Source: an uncultured Candidatus Saccharibacteria bacterium (GTDB lineage Bacteria; Patescibacteriota; Minisyncoccia; Phycocordibacterales; UBA2100). From it: a stretch of 64,000 bases of DNA. Under the pieces are notes generated by a model. It made no database searches. It was given only the letters and a program-made list of their open reading frames with translations, and was not told the DNA's origin. The translations under genes were made by a program, and so were the position numbers. How positions within the stretch are numbered: the first letter of the stretch is position 1; each line of letters opens with the position of its first letter. Positions 46,877 through 56,731 of the stretch are shown here, in pieces. The stretch lies in contig CAZQMS010000002.1 in NCBI GenBank assembly GCA_964594735.1, forward strand, positions 50,023 to 114,022, read 5' to 3'.

Positions 46877-47863
46877 ATGTTGAATTCTGAAATGAAATTG
46901 CGAGATGATATCTGGGAGGGTGCAGCACTTTCTCCCACGCGTCAGGGTTTTGGTGAGGGACTCGTGATCGCGGGCGAGCAGGACGAAAAAATCGTCGCCC
47001 TATCTGCCGACCTTACCGAGTCGACCAAGATGGACCTCTTCGCCAAGAAATTCCCCGGACGATTCGTGCAAGTCGGCGTCGCCGAGCAGAATCTCGTGAC
47101 GGTGGCCTCTGGCATGGCCAATTACGGCAAAATCCCTTTTTGCACCTCGTACGCTGCGTTCTCGCCGGGCCGTAACTGGGAGCAGATACGTACGACCATC
47201 GCGCTCAACAACGTGCCGGTAAAAATCGTCGGCTCACACGCGGGACTTCTCACGGGCCCCGACGGCGCGACGCACCAAATGCTCGAGGATCTCGCGCTCA
47301 TGCGCGCAATGCCGAACATGGTTGTACTCTCGCCATGCGATGCGGAGGAGGCGAAAAAGGCGACGATCGCTGCTGCACAAAATGGCACACCGGTCTACAT
47401 CCGCGTCGAGCGCGAGAAGATGCCGCAGATGACGACCGCGGAGACGCCTTTCACACTCGGCAAAGCGAATGTGATGTGGAATAGCGATGCGCCACAGGTT
47501 GCGCTCTTCGCGACGGGCTCACTTACGCACAATGCGCTGAAGGCTGCCAAGCAGCTAGAAGGCGAGGGTGTGCAGGTGAGCGTCACGAATATTCATACGA
47601 TAAAACCCATCGACGCGGAGACAATCGTGCGTGAAGCGAAAAGAGCCGGCGCGGTCGTCTCGGTGGAAGAGCATCAAATCAATGGGGGACTCGGCAGCGC
47701 GATAGCGGAAGTGCTCGCACGCGAGGCGCCGACTCCAATGGAATTCGTCGCCGTGAAAGATACGTTCGGCGAATCGGGCACCGCAGCGGAGCTTATCGAG
47801 GCATACGGACTTGGTGTCAGAGACATTGTTGCTGCGACAAAGAAAGCGCTCAGCAGAAAATAA
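46877..47863 (+). CDS. Transketolase, C-terminal (pyrimidine-binding plus C-terminal domain) subunit
   Basis: FGEGLVIAGEQDEKIVALSADLTESTKMDLF...VGVAEQNLVTVASGMA... Confidence 0.9.
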   Translation: MLNSEMKLRDDIWEGAALSPTRQGFGEGLVIAGEQDEKIVALSADLTESTKMDLFAKKFPGRFVQVGVAEQNLVTVASGMANYGKIPFCTSYAAFSPGRNWEQIRTTIALNNVPVKIVGSHAGLLTGPDGATHQMLEDLALMRAMPNMVVLSPCDAEEAKKATIAAAQNGTPVYIRVEREKMPQMTTAETPFTLGKANVMWNSDAPQVALFATGSLTHNALKAAKQLEGEGVQVSVTNIHTIKPIDAETIVREAKRAGAVVSVEEHQINGGLGSAIAEVLAREAPTPMEFVAVKDTFGESGTAAELIEAYGLGVRDIVAATKKALSRK

Positions 47864-47920
47864 AAGAAGACGGCGCCACGAGGGCGCCGTCAGTTGTTCG
47901 GCCGCGTTGGCCGTGAGGAA

Positions 47921-48514
47921 CTATGTTGTCGGGAGCGGAGCGCAATTCGGCTCTTCGTAGAAGCTGAAGGCGCCGAGGGTGGCGACCCGATTGAGCTTCT
48001 CGAAGAAGTCGAGTCCTTTGCCCTTTGTGATGCCGAGACGCTTTTTGTCCGCCGGCTTAAGCGTTGAGAGGCGCTTAGGGGAGAGCTTGAAGTACCGAAC
48101 GCACTCCCATCCACGCGGGAGAAACTGATCCCGCCACGCACCGTCGTAGACTTCTCCAGTGACTCGCTGCACCTGTGACCAGATGAGGAAGTCGCTCAGA
48201 GTTAGGTCAAGTGGCATGTTGATGCCGCTGAATGCGCCGGGCTTGTCGCGGTTGCCGCAGACTGTATTCGGCCACCTGCGGCTCGTGTCGTCGCGACGTG
48301 CGATGACGACCATTGCGATCATTCGCCATACTCCGACAATCTCACTTCGCGCCTCGCGGAACACGATGTCCGTGAGACAGTCTCCCTCATCGTTGACGAA
48401 CTTCGCGGGCGTCACCGACGGTTTCTCATTCGCTTCAGCAACGGTCGCTGGCGAAAAAGAAGCGAACAAGAGAATCACGCCGCAAGCGGCGTGCATCATA
48501 TTCTTGAAACGCAT
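47921..48514 (-). CDS. Secreted cell-wall hydrolase, SleB/Hydrolase_2 family
   Basis: Signal peptide followed by CLTDIVFREARSEIVGVWRMIAMVVIARRDD.SRRWPNTVCGNRDKPGAFSG, the SleB-like core. Confidence 0.7.
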   Translation of the reverse strand: MRFKNMMHAACGVILLFASFSPATVAEANEKPSVTPAKFVNDEGDCLTDIVFREARSEIVGVWRMIAMVVIARRDDTSRRWPNTVCGNRDKPGAFSGINMPLDLTLSDFLIWSQVQRVTGEVYDGAWRDQFLPRGWECVRYFKLSPKRLSTLKPADKKRLGITKGKGLDFFEKLNRVATLGAFSFYEEPNCAPLPTT

Positions 48515-48615
48515 TTTGAACTCCTTACGCGATACGAGTTAGGAGTAGGGCAACAACCCCTCCATATGTAATTATACCACGAGGGACAGGGGAGTCAATA
48601 TCCTTGAAAATGGCT

Positions 48616-49605
48616 CTAGAGAGCCGTTGATTTGAAGTCGGCAGGGCGTGCGGCGTAGAGTTCCTCAATGCGCTCGGGAGTAAGGAGTCCTTTTTGTGCG
48701 CCGATTTCCTGCACGACGTACGCAGAATTTATGAGCCCGCGCATGAGCGCTTCCTCGAGGCTAAGGCCCTTGAGAAGGTACGCGACCGTTGTCGACGCCG
48801 TCGCATCCCCTGCACCGGTCCGCTCCACCGGCGGCTTCGGGTCTGGGTACATGGGTATGTGCCAGGCGCTGCCGCTTTCATCCATTGCGTACGAGCCATT
48901 TCGGCCGTCGGTGATAACCATCTGCTTTACGCCAAGGGCGCGCATCCCTTCGAGCAGCTTCTTGAGGTCGGTCTCCTCAGTCTTCAAAATCAGCTGAGCC
49001 TCTTCTTTATTGCAGAAACATATTTCCGAGGCCTCATACACATCTTTGAGTTCATCAGCGCCGAGTTTTATCTGGAACGTGCCGGGCTGAAAAGCGAGCT
49101 TCGCGCCGCTTTGCTTCGCGTACGCCGCTATCTCGTGCTGGTATTTCTCCGTGCCCTCACCGAGCGAAGAGAGATACAGCCATTTCGGCGCTTCAGCGAG
49201 ATTGGGGAGTGAGTAGGTGAAGTGTTCGTGCTTGATGAGGATGGTGCGCTCGCTCTCATACCAGAGCACGTAGTGGTAATTCGTGACCTTGCCCGGCTCT
49301 TTCACGATGTGTTCGGTCGCGACGCCGTTTTTTGCAAAAGTGTCGATAATGAGCTGCCCGTGCGCATCATCGCCCACCGAGCCGCGAAAAGCGGACGCGA
49401 GGCCGAGCCGCGCACATGCGACCGATGCGTTGGACGCGTTGCCGACCGCAGGCACTTCGACGGCGAATTCGAAAGGGATTTTCTGGCCAAATTTTACGCA
49501 GAGCTCGCAGTCTTCATTGTTTATGTTGCAGTGAACCTTGGCCTCTTGGAGTCGGATAAAGCAGTCGATAACAGGGTCGCCGATGGCGAGTACATCGTAT
49601 TGCAT
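48616..49605 (-). CDS. PfkB-family carbohydrate kinase (ribokinase-like)
   Basis: VLAIGDPVIDCF at the N-terminus and the GAGDA anion-hole motif near the C-terminus. Confidence 0.8.
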   Translation of the reverse strand: MQYDVLAIGDPVIDCFIRLQEAKVHCNINNEDCELCVKFGQKIPFEFAVEVPAVGNASNASVACARLGLASAFRGSVGDDAHGQLIIDTFAKNGVATEHIVKEPGKVTNYHYVLWYESERTILIKHEHFTYSLPNLAEAPKWLYLSSLGEGTEKYQHEIAAYAKQSGAKLAFQPGTFQIKLGADELKDVYEASEICFCNKEEAQLILKTEETDLKKLLEGMRALGVKQMVITDGRNGSYAMDESGSAWHIPMYPDPKPPVERTGAGDATASTTVAYLLKGLSLEEALMRGLINSAYVVQEIGAQKGLLTPERIEELYAARPADFKSTAL

Positions 49606-49656
49606 GAGAAAATTGTAACATGTGGGCGCCTGAGGATTCTTGAGCGTGCTACACTG

Positions 49657-50634
49657 GTGGCCTTGAAACAGTCGAGCGACAGGAATCTTTCTCTAGAGTT
49701 CGTCCGCGTGACGGAGGCGGCCGCGATAGCGGCGGCGCAGTGGGTGGGGAAGGGTGAGGCGAAAAAGGCCGACGGTGCAGCGGTCGATGAGATGCGGGCG
49801 CGGTTCAACCAGCTCGATTTTCGCGGGAAAATAGTCATTGGCGAAGGCGCAAAAGACGAAGCTCCCGAACTCTACACGGGAGAAATCGTCGGGCTCGGCA
49901 AAGGGAAGCCGACACTCGATATCGCGGTCGACCCGCTTGAATGCACCGACAGTGTGGCCAACGGCCGCTACAATGCGCTCTCTGTCATCGCTTCGGGGCC
50001 AGCTGGTTCCCTACTTTCCGCACCGGATACATACATGGACAAAATCGCGGTGGGGCCTCATGCGAAAAGAGTCATCGATATTGATGCACCGGCGGGTGAG
50101 AACGTACGCAGGGTCGCAAAAGCGCTCGGCAAGAAGCCTGAGGACATCACCGTGCTCACGCTCGAGCGCGACCGCCACATCCCTATCATTGAATCCGTGC
50201 GCAAGGCTGGTGGAAAAGTGCGGCTCATCACCGACGGCGATGTCGCGGGTGCGATAGCGACTGCGATGCCCGGGAGCGGCATCGACATGCTCATCGCCAT
50301 CGGCGGCTCGACCGAGGCGGTGCTCGCGGCAGTGCCGCTCAAAATTCTCGGCGGCGAAATCCTCTGCCGTTTCAAGCCCAAAGACGACAAGCACGCAAAG
50401 CTCGTTTCTGATGCGGGACTGAGTACCAAGAAAATCTACACAGCGGACATGCTCGCAAAGGGCAAGATGCTCACCTTTGCCGCGACAGGGGTCATCGACG
50501 GGCCGCTTCTGCAGGGTGTCCGATTCGACGGGGATAGTGCAACGACGCATTCACTCGTGATTCGCGGAGAATCGGGTACCATACGATATGTGACGGCGCA
50601 GCATCCAGAGTGGAAGCGCATTAGTAAAAAATAA
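49657..50634 (+). CDS. glpX: Fructose-1,6-bisphosphatase class II (GlpX)
   Basis: LEFVRVTEAAAIAAAQWVGKGEAKKADGAAVDEMR...VIGEGAKDEAPELYTGE...DIAVDPLECT matches GlpX. The 470-aa track ORF overlaps the divergent pfkB gene, so I propose a GTG start at 49657 (or TTG 49663), aligned to the GlpX N-terminus. Confidence 0.8.
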   Translation: MALKQSSDRNLSLEFVRVTEAAAIAAAQWVGKGEAKKADGAAVDEMRARFNQLDFRGKIVIGEGAKDEAPELYTGEIVGLGKGKPTLDIAVDPLECTDSVANGRYNALSVIASGPAGSLLSAPDTYMDKIAVGPHAKRVIDIDAPAGENVRRVAKALGKKPEDITVLTLERDRHIPIIESVRKAGGKVRLITDGDVAGAIATAMPGSGIDMLIAIGGSTEAVLAAVPLKILGGEILCRFKPKDDKHAKLVSDAGLSTKKIYTADMLAKGKMLTFAATGVIDGPLLQGVRFDGDSATTHSLVIRGESGTIRYVTAQHPEWKRISKK

Positions 50635-50643
50635 TCATTTCAT

Positions 50644-51684
50644 ATGGCAGACAGGGACATGCTCAAAAAGGTAGCGCAAGAACTCCTCGCGGGAGGCCGC
50701 GGCATCCTCGCCGCCGACGAAAGCACGGCGACGATAGGGAAACGGTTTGAGACTATCAATATTGAAAATTCGGAGCCGAATCGTCGCGCCTATCGCGAGA
50801 TGCTCTTCACGACGCCCGGTCTCGGCCAGTACATCTCGGGCGTCATCATGTACGACGAGACTATCAAGCAGTCCTCCGCTGATGGCCGCACATTTGTAGC
50901 GATACAACAGTCTCAGAACATGCATCCCGGCATCAAAGTCGATCTCGGCACCGAAGCGCTGCCCGACTCCCCCGAAGAAAAATTCACGAAAGGCATCGAG
51001 GGTCTTGGCGGGAGGCTCAACGAGTATGCGGCTCTTGGCGCGAAGTTCGCAAAATGGCGTGCGGTCATCACGATTGGCGAGTCCGCCGGCGGGCGGATCC
51101 CGACCGAGGCATGCATCGCGCGCAATGCGGACGACCTTGCTGAATACGCGCGTCTCTGCCAGGAGGCCGGCATTGTGCCCATCGTCGAGCCGGAGGTGCT
51201 TATGGATGGGTCGCACACGATGGCGCGTTGCGAAGAGGTGAGCAAGGCGACACTCGCCGCAGTATTTGCCGCGATTGAGAAAAAGGGCGTGCTGCTCGAG
51301 GGTATGATTCTGAAGACCAACATGGTCGTGCCAGGAAAAAAATCGGGCGAGTCGGCGACCGCCGAACAAGTCGCAGAGGCCACGCTGCGCGTATTCAATG
51401 CAGTCCTGCCGAGCGCGCTCGCAGGTCAGGCATTTCTCTCCGGTGGGCAGAAAGATGTCGAAGCCACTGAGAACCTCAATGCGATGTACGCTGCGGGAAA
51501 TCCGAAGTGGCCACTCACCTTCTCGTACGGCCGCGCCCTGCAGGACATGCCACTCAAAACCTGGGCTGGCAAAGCAGAAAATGTGGCAGCGGCGCAGAAA
51601 GCACTGCTCCACCGCTCCAAGATGAATTTCCTCGCGGCGCAAGGGAAGTACGCTAGAGAGATGGAGGGCGAGTTGGGCGCATAA
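50644..51684 (+). CDS. fba: Fructose-bisphosphate aldolase, class I
   Basis: GILAADESTATIGKRF, the Schiff-base Lys region (LEGMILKTNMV), and 346 aa length. Confidence 0.9.
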   Translation: MADRDMLKKVAQELLAGGRGILAADESTATIGKRFETINIENSEPNRRAYREMLFTTPGLGQYISGVIMYDETIKQSSADGRTFVAIQQSQNMHPGIKVDLGTEALPDSPEEKFTKGIEGLGGRLNEYAALGAKFAKWRAVITIGESAGGRIPTEACIARNADDLAEYARLCQEAGIVPIVEPEVLMDGSHTMARCEEVSKATLAAVFAAIEKKGVLLEGMILKTNMVVPGKKSGESATAEQVAEATLRVFNAVLPSALAGQAFLSGGQKDVEATENLNAMYAAGNPKWPLTFSYGRALQDMPLKTWAGKAENVAAAQKALLHRSKMNFLAAQGKYAREMEGELGA

Positions 51685-51730
51685 AGGCGCAATATTGAAT
51701 TATTCATACTCTGGGGTATACTCCGAGACC

Positions 51731-52375
51731 ATGATAGTGAAGCTTGAAGTCAGCACGCGCGATGCCGGAGTTTCGGCGCAAGCGGTACGCGAAAAGGGCG
51801 CTGTCCCGGCTGTTTTCTATGGTCCCAAAGAATCGGCCACCCCAATCGCCATCGACGGCCGGAAGCTTCTCGCAATTTGGAAAGAGGCGGGCGAGACGAC
51901 CATCATCACGCTCACTGGCGCCGGTGAGGACAAGGATACGCTCATCAAAGACATCCAGAAGGACCCTGTTACGGGTGCACTGCTCCATGCCGACTTCTAC
52001 GTGCTCGAGAAGGGTAAGAAAATTACGCTCAACATTCCGCTCGAATTCGTTGGTCTCGCTCCTGCAGAAAAGGCTGGTCACGTCATCTCCAAGGCGCTCC
52101 ACGAAATCGAAATCGAGGTCGCACCTGCCGAGCTGCCGCAGCACCTTGAGGTAGACGTCTCTGCTCTCGCCAATGTGGGCGACCACATCACCGCCGCGCA
52201 GATAAAGCTTCCGCCGAGCGCGACGCTCCTCTCGGGCGCTGATGAAATCGTTGCATCTGTCACGGCACACGTCGAAGAAAAGGAAGTGCACGAGACGCCC
52301 GCGGCACCGGCAGAGGGTGCCCCCGAAGAGGGAGAGGCCGCTGCGGCTCCTGAAGGAGAAGCGAAGAGCGAATAG
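51731..52375 (+). CDS. rplY: Ribosomal protein bL25 (Ctc-form, with acidic C-terminal extension)
   Basis: MIVKLEVSTRD...GAVPAVFYGP...ITLNIPLEFVG. The longest ORF begins 36 bp upstream. Confidence 0.75.
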   Translation: MIVKLEVSTRDAGVSAQAVREKGAVPAVFYGPKESATPIAIDGRKLLAIWKEAGETTIITLTGAGEDKDTLIKDIQKDPVTGALLHADFYVLEKGKKITLNIPLEFVGLAPAEKAGHVISKALHEIEIEVAPAELPQHLEVDVSALANVGDHITAAQIKLPPSATLLSGADEIVASVTAHVEEKEVHETPAAPAEGAPEEGEAAAAPEGEAKSE

Positions 52376-52538
52376 TCACGAGAACCGGCGCGCGAGCGCC
52401 GGTTTTGAGTAATATGGTTCTGGTATAACCCCATGAGATACTCAAAATGGCTTTGGTGCAGTATCCAACTACTGCCATGACGCAATCCTCCTTTCAAGCT
52501 CGAATGTAATATCTCACGGGGTATAATCGTCAGAACGT

Positions 52539-53888
52539 ATGCGTATGGGGCGAATTGTATATGTCGTAGCGACGGCACTGTTTGTCTCGTCTTCCCTATT
52601 CCTCCCCTCTTTTTCCTCGGCGCAGGTCACCGATGCAGCAGAGCGGGCGCGCCTTCAGGCAGAGCTCGATCAGATAGAGCGAGACATAGCCAACAACAGG
52701 GGGACCCTTTCCGAGCTCCAGAAAGAGCGCACTACACTTGAGCGCGATATCTCCATCCTCGACAATAAGATAAGAATCGCGCAGCAGCAGATTCGCCAGA
52801 CAGACCTCACTCTCCGGCAAATACAAACCGACATTACGGACAAGCAGCAGGCGATGCGCCTTATTGATGCAAAAGTGGTGAAAGGCCAAGAGTCCCTCGC
52901 ACAGATAATCCGCCGCACGCGCGAGATAGACGACCTCTCGATTGCGACACTCGCCCTCGCGACGGGGTCGATAACAGAAATATTCGAGCAGGTAGACAAC
53001 TACGAGCAAATCCAGCGCGCACTCGGGCAGTCTTTCGATGAGATGGCGCTCTACAGGGCCGAGCTGGAAGATAGGAAAAAGACTCTTGAAGAGAAAGAAG
53101 ACGAAGCGAGGCAGGTGCGCACTGCGCAGGTCATCGCGCGGCAGGCGATAGAGGAAGACGAAAAAGAAAAGCAGAGCATCCTCACGGCGACGAAAGGCCA
53201 AGAGAAAACGTACGAGCAGATTATCGCCGAGAAACAAAAGAAAGCGGCCGAGATACGCGCGGCCCTCTTCGGCCTGCGCGATACGAGCGCGATACCTTTT
53301 GGCACTGCCTACGATTACGCCAAAGAGGCTTCGCAGGGCACTGGTGTACCGCCGGCGCTCATCCTCGCCATTCTCACACAGGAGACCAACCTCGGCGCGA
53401 ATCAGGGTTCATGCTACGTGAAGAGTCTCTCGACCGGCGATGGTGTCGGCAAGAATACCGGCCGCGCGTTCAGCAAGGTGATGGCGGCGCCGCGGGACAC
53501 GACGCCGTTCCAGACTATTACCGAGGCGCTCGGTATCGACTGGGCGACGACGCCGGTCTCCTGCCCACAATCGGTAGGATACGGCGGAGCCATGGGCCCG
53601 TCGCAGTTCATCCCTTCGACGTGGATGCTCTACAAGAACCGACTTTCAGCGCTCTCTGGCCAGAGCATGCCGGACCCGTGGCATGCACGCACTGCCATCA
53701 TGGCGACGGCGCTTCTTATGGAGGACAATGGCGCCGATGGGGGGACGCGGGAGAGTTGGCGCAGAGCGGCACTCCGCTACTTTGCGGGCGGCAACTGGAA
53801 CAAGCCGGCCAACGCCCCGTACGGAGACGGCGTCCTCAGGCACATGGATAAAATTCAAGCAGAAATAGATATTCTTGAGGGGAGATAA
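52539..53888 (+). CDS. Secreted coiled-coil protein with a C-terminal lysozyme-like / lytic transglycosylase-like domain
   Basis: Signal peptide and ~250 aa of heptad-rich coiled coil. The C-terminus has LILAILTQETNLG (candidate catalytic Glu in an SLT-like context). It resembles EnvC/NlpD-type septal regulators fused to a muramidase fold. Confidence 0.55.
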   Translation: MRMGRIVYVVATALFVSSSLFLPSFSSAQVTDAAERARLQAELDQIERDIANNRGTLSELQKERTTLERDISILDNKIRIAQQQIRQTDLTLRQIQTDITDKQQAMRLIDAKVVKGQESLAQIIRRTREIDDLSIATLALATGSITEIFEQVDNYEQIQRALGQSFDEMALYRAELEDRKKTLEEKEDEARQVRTAQVIARQAIEEDEKEKQSILTATKGQEKTYEQIIAEKQKKAAEIRAALFGLRDTSAIPFGTAYDYAKEASQGTGVPPALILAILTQETNLGANQGSCYVKSLSTGDGVGKNTGRAFSKVMAAPRDTTPFQTITEALGIDWATTPVSCPQSVGYGGAMGPSQFIPSTWMLYKNRLSALSGQSMPDPWHARTAIMATALLMEDNGADGGTRESWRRAALRYFAGGNWNKPANAPYGDGVLRHMDKIQAEIDILEGR

Positions 53889-54010
53889 GGGAGGTTCAAA
53901 CTTGCTGTTTTTCATATCCCTAGATTCTGTCCGGCCGGCAATGATTTAGGGATATCGCACATGAGTAAGAAACGACCCCGGGACGCGAAACATGTCCGGG
54001 GTCGAAGCGC

Positions 54011-54382
54011 TTAGATCTGTGGGTGCGAGTACCGGGTGAGCACAGCGCGCACCGAAAGCCTGAACTCCTCGGTGAGTGTCTTGAGCTCGCGCAGCGCACG
54101 TTGCGCCGCGATCGCGCTTCCCGCACGTTCAGCAGCAATCGCCGCGTGTGCGATAGAGGCAAGTTCGCGCGATTGTGCGATGAGGCGGTCAAATTCCCTT
54201 TCACAGGAGCGTATCCGGTCTAGCCCCTTGCAGACGATTGTCTTCGCATGTTCCGTCTCTTCGACAAGCGCGATCCCGGGCGGCAGCGCAACTGCCGGCG
54301 GCGGTGGTAGCAGTACCTGGGCGCTCGCGACGTTCGAAGTGGTTATATGCCATAAGAGGCATAGAAAGCAGATGACTCTCAT
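54011..54382 (-). CDS. Small secreted hypothetical protein (from MRVICFLCLLW..., predicted signal peptide)
   Basis: Signal-peptide-like N-terminus with a VASA|Q cleavage site. It lies in the 600-bp gap between converging genes. Coding status is uncertain. Confidence 0.3.
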   Translation of the reverse strand: MRVICFLCLLWHITTSNVASAQVLLPPPPAVALPPGIALVEETEHAKTIVCKGLDRIRSCEREFDRLIAQSRELASIAHAAIAAERAGSAIAAQRALRELKTLTEEFRLSVRAVLTRYSHPQI

Positions 54383-54504
54383 TGTGTGATTCCTCCCTGC
54401 TCGCAGTAGAACATGGCGCGATATCCGGTCAAGGATTTGTATTTTGACGGGCTTACGGTATAGTATCGCGACCCTCCTCCGCCTACAGCTTTGGACGGGC
54501 ACGC

Positions 54505-54774
54505 ATGAAAAAGGAAATCCACCCGGAAAATTACCGCGCAGTTATCTTCGAGGACGTGACCTCGGGGAAGCGTTTTCTCATTGGCTCCACCATCGAGACG
54601 GAAAAGACCGACAAGTGGGACGATGGCAAGGAATACCCTGTCTTCCAGATCGAAATCTCCAGCGCCTCACACCCCTTCTACACCGGCCAGTCCAAGACAA
54701 TCGACACTGCCGGTCGCGTCGAGAAGTTTAAGACCCGCGCAGCTGCCGCGAAGGGTAAGAAGTCCTCGAATTAA
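54505..54774 (+). CDS. rpmE: Ribosomal protein bL31
   Basis: [21 protein letters not shown]...HPFYTG. Confidence 0.9.
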   Translation: MKKEIHPENYRAVIFEDVTSGKRFLIGSTIETEKTDKWDDGKEYPVFQIEISSASHPFYTGQSKTIDTAGRVEKFKTRAAAAKGKKSSN

Positions 54775-54827
54775 CGACATTGATATATAGCCGCCGCCCA
54801 CCTCGGGCGGCGGCTATACTTATAGGT

Positions 54828-55817
54828 ATGGCCGAGACCAAACACATAAACCCCGACGAGTTCGCCGACGACCAGCGCGTGGCGTACCTCATTCCCGAGT
54901 GGAAGCGCCTCACGCAGGCGGAAAAAGACGCGATGGAACTCATCGAGGTAGACCCCGCGATGAAAGAGCTTGCCGAGAAAGAGCTCGAAGAGATTGCCCA
55001 GCAAAAAGACGCGCTCATGGCGCAGATGGAAAGCATCATTGGCAAGCCCGAAGAGCGCGAGTGGCCGAATGAAATCGTGCTTGAAGTGCGAGCCGGCGTC
55101 GGCGGCGACGAGGCATCGCTTTTTGCAGAGGACTTGGCGCGTATGTACCTCCGCTTTGCGGAATCAAAGGGATGGAAGACTCGCTCGCTCGATGAGTCGC
55201 GCGCAGGTGTCGGTGGCTACAAGGAAGCGCAATTCGAAATAAAGGGGCAAGACGTATACCGCACGCTCCAGTATGAGACAGGCGTGCACCGGGTGCAGCG
55301 CGTGCCGGCTACAGAAAAAGCCGGGCGCACGCATACCTCTACCGCGTCGGTCGCGATATTGCCGATATACAAGCGCACCAAAATCGAGGTGAACTGGTCT
55401 GACATCGATATCGAGACGAGTCGCTCGGGAGGCGCTGGAGGTCAAAACGTCAACAAGGTAGAGACTGCGGTTCGCCTCATCCACAAGCCCACAGGCATCG
55501 ACGTGCGTTGCCAGTCAGAGCGCAGTCAGGTGCAGAATAAGGAAAAGGCGTACCTCCTCATGGTGAGTCGTCTTCAACAGATGCAGGATGAAAAGGAGGC
55601 GCGCGAACGTGCAGCCGACCGCAAGCAGCAGGTGGGGACGGGAGATAGGTCCGAGAAGATTCGCACCTACAACTTCCCCCAAGACCGCGTCACAGACCAC
55701 CGTATCAAGGAATCGTGGTCGAACATTGAGGGCATTATGGAGGGGCGTATCGGACCTATTTTGGAGGCACTCGCGAAAGCAGAGGGCGGAGATGCGTCGG
55801 TTGCGGACGAGGAGTAA
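54828..55817 (+). CDS. prfA: Peptide chain release factor 1
   Basis: GGQ motif ([22 protein letters not shown]) and PAT tripeptide ([10 protein letters not shown]), typical of RF1. Confidence 0.9.
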   Translation: MAETKHINPDEFADDQRVAYLIPEWKRLTQAEKDAMELIEVDPAMKELAEKELEEIAQQKDALMAQMESIIGKPEEREWPNEIVLEVRAGVGGDEASLFAEDLARMYLRFAESKGWKTRSLDESRAGVGGYKEAQFEIKGQDVYRTLQYETGVHRVQRVPATEKAGRTHTSTASVAILPIYKRTKIEVNWSDIDIETSRSGGAGGQNVNKVETAVRLIHKPTGIDVRCQSERSQVQNKEKAYLLMVSRLQQMQDEKEARERAADRKQQVGTGDRSEKIRTYNFPQDRVTDHRIKESWSNIEGIMEGRIGPILEALAKAEGGDASVADEE

Positions 55818-55961
55818 CCCCACACCACATCCTCACCCCTATCTGGCCCGAAATATTTGAGCTTGTCGGATGTGGTGAGGGGCTCTGCCGCCCTTGCGAG
55901 CGCGGCTCCGCTCTGGTACTATCCCAGCACTCCGCCCAACGGCGGATTCAACATAATAGAC

Positions 55962-56690
55962 ATGGCATCAATAGCTGATATCAAGAATCTTTTCGAAGCC
56001 GGAGCACATTTCGGCTTCTCCCGCGCACGCCGCCACCCCACGGCTGCGCCCTACCTCTTTGGCACCAAGGATAGGACAGACATCTTCGACCTCGAGGAAA
56101 CGGGCCGCCGACTTGCGGCTGCGTGCGATTTCGTCGCTTCCGTCGCAGGGGCGGGCAAGCAGGTCCTCTTTGTCGGTGGTAAGCACGAAGCAGTCGCGAC
56201 CGTGCAGAGCCTTGCGGAGAAAATCGGCGCGCCGTACGTGGCTGGTCGCTGGATAGGAGGAAGCCTCACCAATTTCAAGAATATTCGCAAGCGCATCGAC
56301 CGCCTCCAGAAGCTCACGGCGGAGCGCGAATCAGGTGAACTCGAGAAGTACACCAAGAAAGAGCGCCTCCTCATCGATCGTGAGATTGAAGTACTTCTCG
56401 CGCGCTTTGGTGGACTCGTAACCATGAACGACCTCCCAGGTGCGCTCTTTATCGTGGACACGCGTCACGAGGACACGGCGGTCAGGGAGGCCAACCAGCT
56501 CGGCATTCCTGTCGTCGGTCTCGCATCGAGCGACTGCGATTTTTCTCTCGTGCAGTATCCAATTCCTGGCAATGATACGTCTGTCCGCAGCATCCGCCTC
56601 GTCGCAGAGGCTATCGCGGAAGCGTACCAGAGCAGTAAGCGCGCCCCTGTTTTGACTGGTGCTCCGGCCGCGAAGCCGCAGCAGCGCTAG
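55962..56690 (+). CDS. rpsB: Ribosomal protein uS2
   Basis: MASIADIKNLFEAGAHFGF...FVGGKHEA...DTRHEDTAVREANQLGIPVVGL. Confidence 0.9.
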   Translation: MASIADIKNLFEAGAHFGFSRARRHPTAAPYLFGTKDRTDIFDLEETGRRLAAACDFVASVAGAGKQVLFVGGKHEAVATVQSLAEKIGAPYVAGRWIGGSLTNFKNIRKRIDRLQKLTAERESGELEKYTKKERLLIDREIEVLLARFGGLVTMNDLPGALFIVDTRHEDTAVREANQLGIPVVGLASSDCDFSLVQYPIPGNDTSVRSIRLVAEAIAEAYQSSKRAPVLTGAPAAKPQQR

Positions 56691-56731
56691 TGTTATAATC
56701 CGTAAATCGGCCCTCAGGGCCACCTAGTACT

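Noticed and set aside
49222-49656. N-terminal 145 codons of the 470-aa track ORF assigned to glpX
   Set aside because: This stretch overlaps the divergent pfkB gene on the opposite strand. The GlpX homology begins at ~49657, so I shortened the call to a GTG/TTG start.
50635-51642. 335-aa minus-strand ORF
   Set aside because: Fully antisense to the class I aldolase gene, which has unmistakable motifs.
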